64,000 nt of DNA from NCBI GenBank assembly GCA_963815115.1, contig CAWFFN010000005.1, forward strand, positions 672,001 to 736,000, given 5' to 3'. Positions 18,117 through 27,140 of this stretch are shown piece by piece. The DNA is from an uncultured delta proteobacterium (GTDB lineage: Bacteria; Desulfobacterota; Binatia; DP-6). The first letter of the stretch is position 1; every line of letters begins with the position of its first letter. Under the pieces are notes generated by a model, which made no database searches, was not told the origin of the DNA, and saw only the letters and a list, made by a program, of their open reading frames with translations. The position numbers and the translations under genes were made by a program.

Positions 18117-18767
18117 ATGCCACGCATCCTTCGGATCGTCGTCGCCGTCCTGATCCTGACCGTCGCCGCGCGGGCGACGGCCGAGCCCGGATTCGAGTTG
18201 ACCGACGGCGGCCGTACAATCGTGTACCGCGCCCGGCCGGGGGATACGCCGACCGGCGTCGCCCGGGCGCTCGGCATCCCCGCTCCGCAGGTCGCCGCGC
18301 TGCTGGCCGCCGGAGGCATCAGCGATGGCGGCCGCGTTCCGGTGGGCTTCGAGTACCGGGTGCCGAATCCGCTCGCGGCGCGCGCAGACGCCGCCGAGGC
18401 ACGGAGCGCCGAGCTGGGGCAGCGTGCCGCGGCGGCCGAGCAGACCCTGGCGGAGACGCAGCGCACCGAGGAGCTGCGGGGCGAGGAGCGGCGGCGGCTG
18501 GCGCAGCTCGAGGGTCGCTGGTCGCTCGCGCTCTGGGCGCTGGTCGGACTGGCCGCGGGCCTCGCCGTGATGGGTGCGGTGGCGTCCGCCGCGCTCCGCC
18601 GCGAACGGGGCGCCACGCGCTACGCGCGCACGATGGCGCAGGAGCTCGAGGACAGGCGCCGGAGCGGGCTCGCCGAGCGCCAGCAGAGCGCGCGTCGCAT
18701 CGTCGAGCTCGAGGACCGCATCCGGCAGCTCGAAGGGCGCGCGCATCCCGTGCCGCGCAGCGCCTGA
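18117..18767 (+). CDS. Exported LysM-like domain protein with coiled coils and TM helix
   Basis: Signal peptide, YRARPGDTPTGVARALGI LysM-like motif, coiled coil, TM, cytoplasmic coiled coil. Confidence 0.7.
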   Translation: MPRILRIVVAVLILTVAARATAEPGFELTDGGRTIVYRARPGDTPTGVARALGIPAPQVAALLAAGGISDGGRVPVGFEYRVPNPLAARADAAEARSAELGQRAAAAEQTLAETQRTEELRGEERRRLAQLEGRWSLALWALVGLAAGLAVMGAVASAALRRERGATRYARTMAQELEDRRRSGLAERQQSARRIVELEDRIRQLEGRAHPVPRSA

Positions 18768-18773
18768 CGCGCG

Positions 18774-18977
18774 TCATCCCTTCGCGCGCTCCTCGAATCC
18801 CGGGCAGACGAGCACCGGCAGCCGCGGGTAGCGGGCGAACCGCGCCTCGCTCTCCGCCCGCTCACAGCGCCAGAAGGTGCTCCCCCGGCGCGTCGGCTGG
18901 CGGCGCGCGTGCCGGCAGCGGGCGCAGAGTCCAACGCTCTGCTCGAGCTCAGGCTCGCGCGTTCCGGAACTCGACAT
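18774..18977 (-). CDS. Small Cys4 (putative Zn-binding) hypothetical protein
   Basis: GLCARCRHA...GSTFWRC...YPRLPVLVCPGFE; start uncertain. Confidence 0.7.
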   Translation of the reverse strand: MSSSGTREPELEQSVGLCARCRHARRQPTRRGSTFWRCERAESEARFARYPRLPVLVCPGFEERAKG

Positions 18978-21117
18978 ACTCGACCATGGCGCGCAGCGCG
19001 GCGACCGCGCGGTGCGCGCTCGGGTAGCACAGCCGGCCGCCCTCGCGGACCGCCAGCGGCCCGGCGTTGCCGTAGGCGCGGTCGGCGTACACCAGCTCGC
19101 TGGCGACCAGCACCGGCTTGGCATGGCGCTCGGAGGCGGCGCGCGCCGCCTCGGCGTAACGGCGATCCTGGCGTTCGTGGAACTCGACGATGCGATCGAG
19201 CCCGAAGCCGGGGAAGAACTCGCCGGTGCGGAAGCCGTTCGCCTGGTTGGCCTGGATGCCGAGGCCGAGGAAGAGGACGGCGTCGACGTCGGGATGGCCG
19301 CAGACGAGATCGAGCGCGTCGGGGATCGTGTCGCGCGTCTCGCCCCCCGCGAGGTCGACGGGGTTCTGACGGCTCCAGCGCGCGGGCACCATCGCGTCGA
19401 TCTTCCGCCGCAGCGCGTCGGGCAGCTCCATCACCTCGAGCCCGGCGGCGGCGCACGCGTCCGCGGTGAGCACGCCCCAGCCGCCCGCCGTGGTGAACAC
19501 GATCACGCGACGCCCGCGCGGCCAGGGCTGCGTCGCGAAGGTCGCGGCCCACTCGAAGGCCTGCTCGACGGTCGGGGCGCGCAGCACGCCGAGCTGGCGG
19601 CAGATGCCGTCGAAGACCCGGTCGTCGCTCGCCAGCGATCCGGTGTGGCTGGCGGCGGCGCGCTGCCCCTCGCGCGCAGCGCCGCCCTTCAGCAGGACGA
19701 GCGGCTTGGCGGCCGTCAGCCGGCGGAGCGCGGCGAGGAAGGCGCGTCCATCGCCGACGCCCTCGGCGTACGCGAGTGCGACGGCGGTGTCGGCGTCGAC
19801 GGCGAAGTAGTCGAGGTAGTCGGCGATCGTGGTCTGGGCCGAGTTGCCGCACGAGATCGCCTTGCTCACGCCGACGCCGGTGAGGACGGAGTAGTTCAGC
19901 AGCGCGGAGAGCAGATTGCCGCTCTGGCTCGCCACCGAGATGCGGCCGGGGGGCGGGTAGGGCGCGACGATCTGGGCGCACAGGGCATCGCCGGTCGAGA
20001 TCAGGCCCTGACCGTTGGGACCGGCGAGCAGGATGCCGGTCTCGTTCGCCACCCGCACCAGCTCGGTCTCGAGCGCCTTGCCTTCGTCGCCGGCCTCGCC
20101 GTAGCCGCCGGTCGCGACGAAGGCGGCACGCACCCCGCGCGCGGCGCAGGTGCGCAGCACCTCGGCGTTCGCGCCGGGCGGCGTGCACACGACGGCGAGG
20201 TCGGCGGCGCCCTCGGGCACCTCGCGCACGTCGCGCAACGTCGGCCGCCCGAGGACCTCGGCGCCCTCGCGGTTCACCGGGAAGACCGCGCCCCGGTATC
20301 CGAAGCGCAGCAGGTTGTGGAAGGCGGCGAAGCCGAACTTGCCGGGATGGCTCGACGCGCCGGCGACGATGACCCCGCGCGGGTGGAACAGCGGGCGGAA
20401 GCGTTCGGCCACGGCGGCGACGTCCACCGGCGGGCCGGGCGCCGCGGCGGGCGTAGGCGCGGGATCGAGCACGACCAGCGCGTCGACCGCGACGGGTTCC
20501 CCATCGCGGACGATCAGCGGATTGAGATCGATGCTCTGCACGTCCGGACGCTCCGCGGCGAGCGTGCCGAGGCCGACGAGGATGCGCGCCAGGGCATCGC
20601 CGTCCACCGGAGGCTCGCCGCGAAACGCGCCCAGCAGCGACCGCGTCCGGAGACCGCCGACCATGCGCCGTGCCTCGGCGGCGTTGAGCGGTGCGGCGGC
20701 GAAGACGACGTCGCCGACGGCTTCCGTGAAGATGCCGCCCAGCCCGAGCACGACGCACGGGCCGAACTGCGGATCGCGCACCAGCCCGGCGATGAGCTCG
20801 CGGCGTCCGCGCACCTGCTCGGCGACGAGCAGCTCCACGGGACCGTCTCCCGGCTGCGCCAGCGCGAGCAGGTCGGCGGCAGCCGCGCGCACCGACGCCG
20901 CGTCGCCGAGACCGATGCGCACCAGGCCACGTTCGGTCTTGTGAGCGATCGAGTCGCCGCACAGCTTGACGACCACGGGGAAGCCGATCTCCCGGGCGGC
21001 GCGCGCGGCGGCGTCCGGGTCCCTGGCGAGTGCGTCGCGCGCCACCGGAACACCGTAGCGCGCGACGAGCGCCTTCGAAGCGTGCTCGGAGAGCGTGGTG
21101 GTGGTGCGGGCGAGCAT
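18949..21117 (-). CDS. ADP-forming acyl-CoA (acetate-CoA) ligase family, ATP-grasp plus CoA-binding fusion
   Basis: GFPVVVK, HKTERGLV, DPQFGP, IDLNPL, then GASS, YPVN-like FPVN, GPNGQG, SQSG, ASHTGSLA phospho-His motif, NPVDL. Confidence 0.92.
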   Translation of the reverse strand: MLARTTTTLSEHASKALVARYGVPVARDALARDPDAAARAAREIGFPVVVKLCGDSIAHKTERGLVRIGLGDAASVRAAAADLLALAQPGDGPVELLVAEQVRGRRELIAGLVRDPQFGPCVVLGLGGIFTEAVGDVVFAAAPLNAAEARRMVGGLRTRSLLGAFRGEPPVDGDALARILVGLGTLAAERPDVQSIDLNPLIVRDGEPVAVDALVVLDPAPTPAAAPGPPVDVAAVAERFRPLFHPRGVIVAGASSHPGKFGFAAFHNLLRFGYRGAVFPVNREGAEVLGRPTLRDVREVPEGAADLAVVCTPPGANAEVLRTCAARGVRAAFVATGGYGEAGDEGKALETELVRVANETGILLAGPNGQGLISTGDALCAQIVAPYPPPGRISVASQSGNLLSALLNYSVLTGVGVSKAISCGNSAQTTIADYLDYFAVDADTAVALAYAEGVGDGRAFLAALRRLTAAKPLVLLKGGAAREGQRAAASHTGSLASDDRVFDGICRQLGVLRAPTVEQAFEWAATFATQPWPRGRRVIVFTTAGGWGVLTADACAAAGLEVMELPDALRRKIDAMVPARWSRQNPVDLAGGETRDTIPDALDLVCGHPDVDAVLFLGLGIQANQANGFRTGEFFPGFGLDRIVEFHERQDRRYAEAARAASERHAKPVLVASELVYADRAYGNAGPLAVREGGRLCYPSAHRAVAALRAMVEYVEFRNARA

Positions 21118-21123
21118 GTTCGT

Positions 21124-21195
21124 TCAACCGAGGCGCACGTTGTGTACCACGACGCCCAGCCCCGGGGCGCGGGCCAGCGGGCCGTCGGCCGTCAC
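21124..21195 (-). pseudogene. C-terminal remnant of a VapC/PIN toxin
   Basis: 23-codon VTADGPLARAPGLGVVVHNVRLG begins at a GTGA overlap with the antitoxin stop and resembles a PIN C-terminus. Confidence 0.6.
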
Positions 21196-21422
21196 CAGCG
21201 CTTCTCTCGCTCGGGGCGAACCTCGCCGAGAAGTTGCGCCGCGGCCTTGCGGAGTTCGACCGGCTCCCGCTTTGCCAGGCGCGCGCGGAACTCGTCCCGC
21301 GCGATCTCTCGCTGCATCGCATCCAGCACGAGATCGCGTACGGTGCGTCTCCGCCGCCTGGCCGCGGCGCGAATCTTGCGCTGCAGGCCCTCGGGGACAT
21401 TCTTGACCTGAAGGTTCCCCAT
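21192..21422 (-). CDS. FitA-like ribbon-helix-helix antitoxin
   Basis: MGNLQVKNVPEGLQRKIRAAARRRRRTVRDLVL; 76 aa. Confidence 0.82.
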   Translation of the reverse strand: MGNLQVKNVPEGLQRKIRAAARRRRRTVRDLVLDAMQREIARDEFRARLAKREPVELRKAAAQLLGEVRPEREKRW

Positions 21423-21434
21423 GGGATGCCGTTA

Positions 21435-21468
21435 GCATGCCAGGAGCATGCTCGCACCGTCGGCATGC
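21435..21468. promoter_or_regulatory. Putative RHH operator: three GCATGC palindromes
   Basis: GCATGC at 21435, 21446 and 21463, directly upstream of the antitoxin ATG. Confidence 0.5.
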
Positions 21469-21581
21469 TTGGTCACGCGCACGCCTCTCGCCTCGCGCCC
21501 AGGGGCTCGGAGGCGGGGCCTCCCCCTTGTGGCCGCCACGCATGTCGTGCTTGGGGAACCGTGTGAACCAGGAGGTGGGCG

Positions 21582-21995
21582 ATGGCGGATGGACGTGAGC
21601 GAGGACTCTTCCTCAGCGTGATGGCGGTGCTCTTCGGTGTCCTCGCGTTCTCGAACTTCACCAAGGCCTGGCAGCACATGCGCGACCCGCACCTGGGTCT
21701 CGTTCTCTTCGGGGTGCGCTGCGAGACCATCGCCTCCAACGTGGTGCTCGGGGCCGTGCTCGGCGCGGTGCTCGCGGTCTACGCCTACGGACTCTGGAGG
21801 TTGAAGGCGTGGGTCGCGCCGCTCTCCATCGTGTACGCCTTCTACGTTCCCGTGAACCTGGTGCTCTTCTGGGCCTTCCAGACGGGACCGGACGTTCCGC
21901 CGGCCCTGGGCCTGCTGGGCTACCTGGCGGTCGCCTTCACGGGCTCGATCGGGACCGCCCTCTATCTCGGATACCACCGAGACAAGCTGGCGTGA
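21582..21995 (+). CDS. Hypothetical 4-TM membrane protein
   Basis: RBS AGGAGG, four hydrophobic segments, GC3-rich codons. Confidence 0.8.
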   Translation: MADGRERGLFLSVMAVLFGVLAFSNFTKAWQHMRDPHLGLVLFGVRCETIASNVVLGAVLGAVLAVYAYGLWRLKAWVAPLSIVYAFYVPVNLVLFWAFQTGPDVPPALGLLGYLAVAFTGSIGTALYLGYHRDKLA

Positions 21996-22007
21996 CGTCC
22001 GGACGGC

Positions 22008-22511
22008 TCACCAGCCGTGCGTGCCCGGAGCGCCCTTGAACGGCCCGGCCACGTCGGACGTGATCCACCCGCCGTAGAAATTGCCGTCCTGCGCCTCGAC
22101 GGGCTCGCCGTCGACGTAGCAGGCATCCACGCGCCCCGGGTAGATGGCGATGCAGTCCGCGAGCAGGGCGTAGCGTGCCGCGGGGCTGGGATAGGACCAC
22201 GCCGCCAGGCGAGCCACTCGCCCGCCGACCGCCAGATCGAAGTACCGCGCGACTCCCTTGAACTCACAGAAGCTCTCGTCGCTGGTCGGCAGGTAGCAGG
22301 CGCGACGGCAGTCCTCGGGCGGGACGTAGTAGACCGGCGGGTGACTCGTTTCCAGCACGCGAAGAGCGCGCGTGCTGTCCGCGATCACCTCGCCGGCGAA
22401 GACCACGACGACGTGCCGTCGCGAGGGCTCGACCCGGGGCGGCCTCGGATACGCCCACGCCGATTCTTGCCCCGGTTTCGGCGTGATGGGCTCGATCGAG
22501 CGCGGCGTCAT
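22008..22511 (-). CDS. DUF427 domain protein
   Basis: ESAWAYPRPP, VLETSHPPVYY, SFCEFKGVA, AAWSYP, FYGGWIT, GPFKG. Confidence 0.9.
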   Translation of the reverse strand: MTPRSIEPITPKPGQESAWAYPRPPRVEPSRRHVVVVFAGEVIADSTRALRVLETSHPPVYYVPPEDCRRACYLPTSDESFCEFKGVARYFDLAVGGRVARLAAWSYPSPAARYALLADCIAIYPGRVDACYVDGEPVEAQDGNFYGGWITSDVAGPFKGAPGTHGW

Positions 22512-23116
22512 ACCTGCGCGCTCGGGCGCTGCTTGAACTCCTGGTACCAGCGATGGACGTTGCCGAGCGCAGGGTCGATCTCGATCCCCGCGAAGTTGGC
22601 GAAATCGAGCGCGGCGAGCAGCGTGCAGTCGGCGATGGTCGGCTTCTCCCCGGCGACGAACTTCTGCTTCGCGAGGCGGCCGTCGATCACCTTGAGGGCG
22701 CTCTGCAAGCGCGGACGCGCGTTGTCCGCCGCGTCCGCCGATTGCTTGACGCGCTGGGCGAAGAACGGGTGGGTGTTCTGGAAGATCGTGCCGACGCTGC
22801 CGAGCACCCCCAGATCGCAGATGCGCTCCGCTTCGCGCACGCGCGCCCGCTCCAGGGGCGTGCTGCCGAGCATCGACGGCTGGGGATGGAGCTCTTCGAG
22901 ATACTCGATGATCGCCAGCGACTCGGTCAGATGGCTGCCGTCGTCCAGCTCGAGCACCGGCAAGCCGCCCAGCGGGTTCTTCTTCAAGAACTCCGGGGAG
23001 CGGTTCTGCCCGCTCAGGATGTCGACCGATTCGCTCGGGACGTCGATTCCTTTTTCCTTGATGTAGACGTTGACCTTGCGCGGATTCGGCGCACCCGCGA
23101 ACTCGTATAGCTTCAT
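22508..23116 (-). CDS. Glutathione S-transferase family protein
   Basis: APNPRKV, NPLGGLPVLELDDG, LTESLAIIEYLEE, TIAD. Confidence 0.93.
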   Translation of the reverse strand: MKLYEFAGAPNPRKVNVYIKEKGIDVPSESVDILSGQNRSPEFLKKNPLGGLPVLELDDGSHLTESLAIIEYLEELHPQPSMLGSTPLERARVREAERICDLGVLGSVGTIFQNTHPFFAQRVKQSADAADNARPRLQSALKVIDGRLAKQKFVAGEKPTIADCTLLAALDFANFAGIEIDPALGNVHRWYQEFKQRPSAQV

Positions 23117-23196
23117 CGCTGGTTCCCCCTCTTCGCTGCCCTGAGTTCACTCCGCCCTACACCGCGTGCCAGCCGAGGCAAGCAGCGGCCCGCTGC

Positions 23197-23589
23197 TCAG
23201 CGGAACAGCTGGAACAGGATCATCAGCTCCCCGACGGTCGCGACGAAGAACACCGCCGTGCGCAGGTAGACGATCCCGGCGAGGTAGACGAGCGCGTGCA
23301 GCACGCGCCCCCAGAAGAAGATCGTCGCGCCGAGGGCCGTGGTGGCGTTCGCCTTGCCCGCCACCTGCGCCACGAGGACGAGGATGGCGAACGGTGCCAG
23401 GTTCTCGACCAGGTTGCGGTGCGCGCGCTCCGCCCGCCCCGCCCATGCCGGGAAGGTGAAGTCGCGCTCCCGGTTGCCGAGCCCCCAGGCGACGCCCCCG
23501 GGTGTCGTGCCCCGGGCGAGGAGATACGGCATCGGCAGCAGGAGGCACAGCACCGCACTCCATACCAGCATCCACAGGTCGGTCGTCAT
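23197..23589 (-). CDS. MAPEG family membrane protein
   Basis: RAERAHRNLVENLAPF, FFWGRVLHALVY. Confidence 0.9.
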   Translation of the reverse strand: MTTDLWMLVWSAVLCLLLPMPYLLARGTTPGGVAWGLGNRERDFTFPAWAGRAERAHRNLVENLAPFAILVLVAQVAGKANATTALGATIFFWGRVLHALVYLAGIVYLRTAVFFVATVGELMILFQLFR

Positions 23590-23683
23590 GGACGCCGCCT
23601 AGCACGCGTCCGCCATCGACGCACCCCGGGCCGGCACACCGGGGTGTCGCGTGCCAGCGTCCGCTCCGGTAGGCATCGGGACG

Positions 23684-25195
23684 ATGGAGCAGATGCTGCG
23701 GCGATCGTTCAACGCGCGGGTGGCCGAGGTGCTGCCGGCGCCGACACCGCTGGATCGGGCGGTGACGTTGAGCCAGCGGCTGGGGCGCGCCGTCTGGCTC
23801 AAGCGCGAGGACCTGACGCCCGTGTTCTCCTTCAAGCTGCGCGGGGCCTACAACGCCATCGCCGCGCTCGACGAGGCACGGCGGCGCTCGGGTGTCATCG
23901 CGGCCTCCGCCGGCAACCACGCGCAGGGCGTCGCGCTGGCGGCGCAGCGGCTCGGGCTCGCCTGCTGCATCGTCATGCCGCGCACCACGCCGTCCATCAA
24001 GGTCGAGGCGGTGCGCCGCCTGGGTGCCCGGGTCGAGCTCGTCGGCGACGACTACTCGGATGCCGCGGCGCGCTGCGCCGTGCTGGCCGGGGAGACCGGG
24101 ATGACGCCGATTCCACCCTACGATCACCTCGACGTGATCGCGGGGCAGGGCACCATCGGCCTCGAGATCCTGAGCCAGGCGCCGCGTGATCTCGGCTCGA
24201 TCTTCCTGCCGATCGGCGGCGGCGGCCTGGCCGCGGGGGTGGCGGCGGTGGTGAAGGAGCTGCGTCCCGCCGTGCGGGTGATCGGCGTGCAGCCCGACGA
24301 CGCCGACGCCATGGCGCAGTCGCTGCGCCTGGGCCGTCGCGTGCGGCGCGAGCACGTCGGCCTCTTCGCTGACGGCGTGGCGACGAGGGAGCCCGGCGAG
24401 CTCACCTTCGCGCTCTGCCAGCGCTATCTCGACGGCTGCCTCACCGTCGGCGTGGACGAGATCTGCGCCGCCATCAGGGACGCGTTCGAGGACACCCGCT
24501 CCGTGCTCGAGCCCGCCGGCGCGCTGGCGCTCGCCGGGCTCAAGCGCGCGCTGCGCGACGGCGAGCTCGCCGAGGGGTCCGCGGTGGCGGTGGCGTCGGG
24601 AGCCAACATGAACTTCGCGCGCCTCGGCCACGTCGCCGAGCGGGCCCAGGTGGGCGAGCACCGCGAGGCCATCTTCGCGGTGACCATCCCCGAACGCCCG
24701 GGCACCTTCCTCGAGTTCTGTCGCGTGATCGGCGAGCGCAGCATCACCGAGTTCAACTACCGGCTCGCCTCGCGCAGCGCGGCGCACGTCTTCGTCGGGG
24801 TCGAGGTGTCGGGGCTGGCCGAGGCGCGGGCGCTCGCCGGCGACCTGGCCGCGCGCGGCTATCCGTGCGTCGACCTGAGCGAGGACGATCTGGCGAAGAC
24901 CCACGTGCGGCACATGGTCGGCGGGCGGACGCCCGAGGTGCGCGACGAGGTGCGCGTGGCGGTCGAGTTCCCCGAGCGGCCGGGAGCCCTGGTCCAGTTC
25001 CTCACCCACCTCGGCTCGCGCTGGAACATCTCGCTCTTCCACTACCGCAATCACGGTGCCGCGTTCGGCCGCGTGCTGTGCGGCCTCGAGGTGCCGCCGG
25101 AGGAACGGGCCGAGCTCCGCGGCCGGCTCGATGCGATCGGCTTCGAGTGGGTCGACGAGACCGCGAATCGCGCCGGCCGCTTCTTCCTGGGTTGA
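23684..25195 (+). CDS. ilvA: Biosynthetic threonine ammonia-lyase
   Basis: LKREDLTPVFSFKLRGAYN, ASAGNHAQG, GGGGL, SGANMNF, two ACT-like domains (FNYR, FHYRNHG). Confidence 0.95.
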   Translation: MEQMLRRSFNARVAEVLPAPTPLDRAVTLSQRLGRAVWLKREDLTPVFSFKLRGAYNAIAALDEARRRSGVIAASAGNHAQGVALAAQRLGLACCIVMPRTTPSIKVEAVRRLGARVELVGDDYSDAAARCAVLAGETGMTPIPPYDHLDVIAGQGTIGLEILSQAPRDLGSIFLPIGGGGLAAGVAAVVKELRPAVRVIGVQPDDADAMAQSLRLGRRVRREHVGLFADGVATREPGELTFALCQRYLDGCLTVGVDEICAAIRDAFEDTRSVLEPAGALALAGLKRALRDGELAEGSAVAVASGANMNFARLGHVAERAQVGEHREAIFAVTIPERPGTFLEFCRVIGERSITEFNYRLASRSAAHVFVGVEVSGLAEARALAGDLAARGYPCVDLSEDDLAKTHVRHMVGGRTPEVRDEVRVAVEFPERPGALVQFLTHLGSRWNISLFHYRNHGAAFGRVLCGLEVPPEERAELRGRLDAIGFEWVDETANRAGRFFLG

Positions 25196-25206
25196 GGTGC
25201 GGCCGG

Positions 25207-25944
25207 TCAGGCGCGCGAGCGCACGGTGGCGAGGCCGCCGTCGATGCCCAGCACCTGGCCGGTCACCCACGCCTGCGCGGGATCGAGCAGCCACGCGATC
25301 GCCGAGGCCACCTCGTCGGGCTCACCGATGCGGCCGAGGGGGTGCAGGGCCGCGGACGCCTGGAGGGTCGCCGCGTTGCTGGTGAGGACCTCGGTGAGCG
25401 GCGTGCGCACCAGCCCCGGCGCGACGGCGTTCACCCGGATGCGACGTCCCGCATAGGAGGCCGCCGCCGACAGCATCAGCCCGATCACGCCCGCCTTGGC
25501 GGCTGCGATCGCCTCGTGATTCGCGATGCCGAGGCGGGCCGCCGCCGACGACACCAGCACGACGGATCCGCCCGTCCGCGTCATCGCCCGGACGGCGGCG
25601 CGCACGGTCAGGAAGGCCGACGTCAGGTTGGTCGTCAGCGCACCCGTCCACTCGTCGTCGGTCGTGAGGTGCGCCGGCTTGAGCAGGATCGAGCCGACGC
25701 AGTTGGCCACGCCGTCGATCCGTCCGTGTTGCGAGAGCGCCTCGGCGAAGCAGCGCTCGACGTGCGTCGCGCAGGTGGCGTCGATCGGCAGCGCGTGGAC
25801 GCCGAGCTCGGTGCCGAGCGCGCGGACGCGCTGGCAGTCGCGTGCCGCGATCGTCAGGCGCGCCCCGGTCGCGAGGAGGCGCCGGCAGAGCGCGGAACCG
25901 ATGCCCCCGGTTGCCCCGAGGACCACGTAAACCGGCTCGGCCAT
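25207..25944 (-). CDS. Short-chain dehydrogenase/reductase (SDR)
   Basis: GATGGIG, SSAAA, HEAIAAAKAG variant active site, RVNAVAPG, TGQVLGIDGG. Confidence 0.92.
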   Translation of the reverse strand: MAEPVYVVLGATGGIGSALCRRLLATGARLTIAARDCQRVRALGTELGVHALPIDATCATHVERCFAEALSQHGRIDGVANCVGSILLKPAHLTTDDEWTGALTTNLTSAFLTVRAAVRAMTRTGGSVVLVSSAAARLGIANHEAIAAAKAGVIGLMLSAAASYAGRRIRVNAVAPGLVRTPLTEVLTSNAATLQASAALHPLGRIGEPDEVASAIAWLLDPAQAWVTGQVLGIDGGLATVRSRA

Positions 25945-26008
25945 CCCGCGACCCTGCCACGCCGGAAAAGCTGATCCCAACGGCTCCCGGACGACGGGGC
26001 GCGCCGGC

Positions 26009-27061
26009 TCAATCCGTCTTCGGCGGCGGCATGGGCGCGTAGTACGGCTTGCCGGCTTCCATCCACTCCTCGAAGATTGGCGCGAAGTCCGCACCCATGG
26101 GGTCGAGTCCACGGATCGGCATCGAGCCGCGGCGGATGGTGAAGTCGTGCGGCGCCAGCTCGCCGGCCCGGACGAAGTGACGCTCGGCCGCCTCCCGCCG
26201 CCCCGTCCGGTGGAGGTACCACGCCAGCGTGAACTCGGCGCGCGCGAGCTGCTCCTCGGCCGTCGGCAGCACCTGGTGGGCGCGCACGTCGGCGTCGTCC
26301 GCGAATGGCAGGGTCCCGTCGCGCACCCACGCCCGCAGCGCGTCGAGGTGCGGCCCGGCGGGCCGGCCGTGCAGGTCCACGAAGCGGTCGTCGCCGAAGA
26401 CCGCGTCGTTCGGCCGGACGATGCGGCCGCGCTCGTCGATCCACACCGCCGTGGGCACGTTGATGATGCGGTAGAGGTCGGCGACGCGGTGCTCGGAGTC
26501 GACGAGCGCGGAGTGGGTCGCTCCGGCGGCTTCGATCCACGGTCTGGCATCGTCCGCCGACCGGTCGAGCGCCACCGTCACCACGGCGAGTCCCGCGGGC
26601 GCCAGTTCCTCGTGCAATGCCTGCCAGACCGGCAGGTCGTAGCGGCATCCTCACCAGGAGGCCCAGGCGAGGAGCAGGACCTTGCGGCCGCGCTGGTCGG
26701 AGAGGCGGTGCGCGCGTCCCTCGAGATCGGGAAGCGTGAACCCGGGCGCGTCCAGCGAGCGGAGATGGTGCCCGCGCGCCGCGGCCGATGCTCCGAGGCA
26801 GGCGACGCGCTCGTCGACGTCGAGGGCCAGCGGCCTCTCGAGCAGCGACGCCAGCGCCACAAGGTCGATGCCGTCGGCGTGCACGAGGCCGTGCTCGGGT
26901 CGCACCGGCACGCAGGTGTCGCCGCGGCAGAGCCCGGCCGGCTCGAGCTTCCAGCCGACGGCCGTTCGGACGGCATCCGGCGCGAGCCGCACGCTCCCCG
27001 ATCCGAACGTCGCCGGCACCTCGCTCGGAGAGTCCTCGTCGAGCAGGGTCAGATTCGACAT
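26009..27061 (-). CDS. Redoxin/AhpC-TSA-like selenoprotein (in-frame UGA at 26651-26653 read as Sec; WASW-U-GC)
   Basis: APGFTLPDLEG...KVLLLAWASW and GCRYDLPVWQALHEEL...INVPTAVWIDERGRIV are in one frame separated only by TGA at the redox site; downstream hairpin present. Confidence 0.85.
26610..26650 (-). promoter_or_regulatory. Putative bacterial SECIS element
   Basis: CCUGCC-GGUCU-GGCAGG stem-loop (26620-26636); the loop begins 20 nt after UGA and starts with G. Confidence 0.7.
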
Positions 27062-27140
27062 TGGCGCCACGGGTCGCTGGCTACAGTAGGACCGGCGGCA
27101 GCATGAAGGCAAACCGCCTGGGGTTCTGCTACCATCAATC

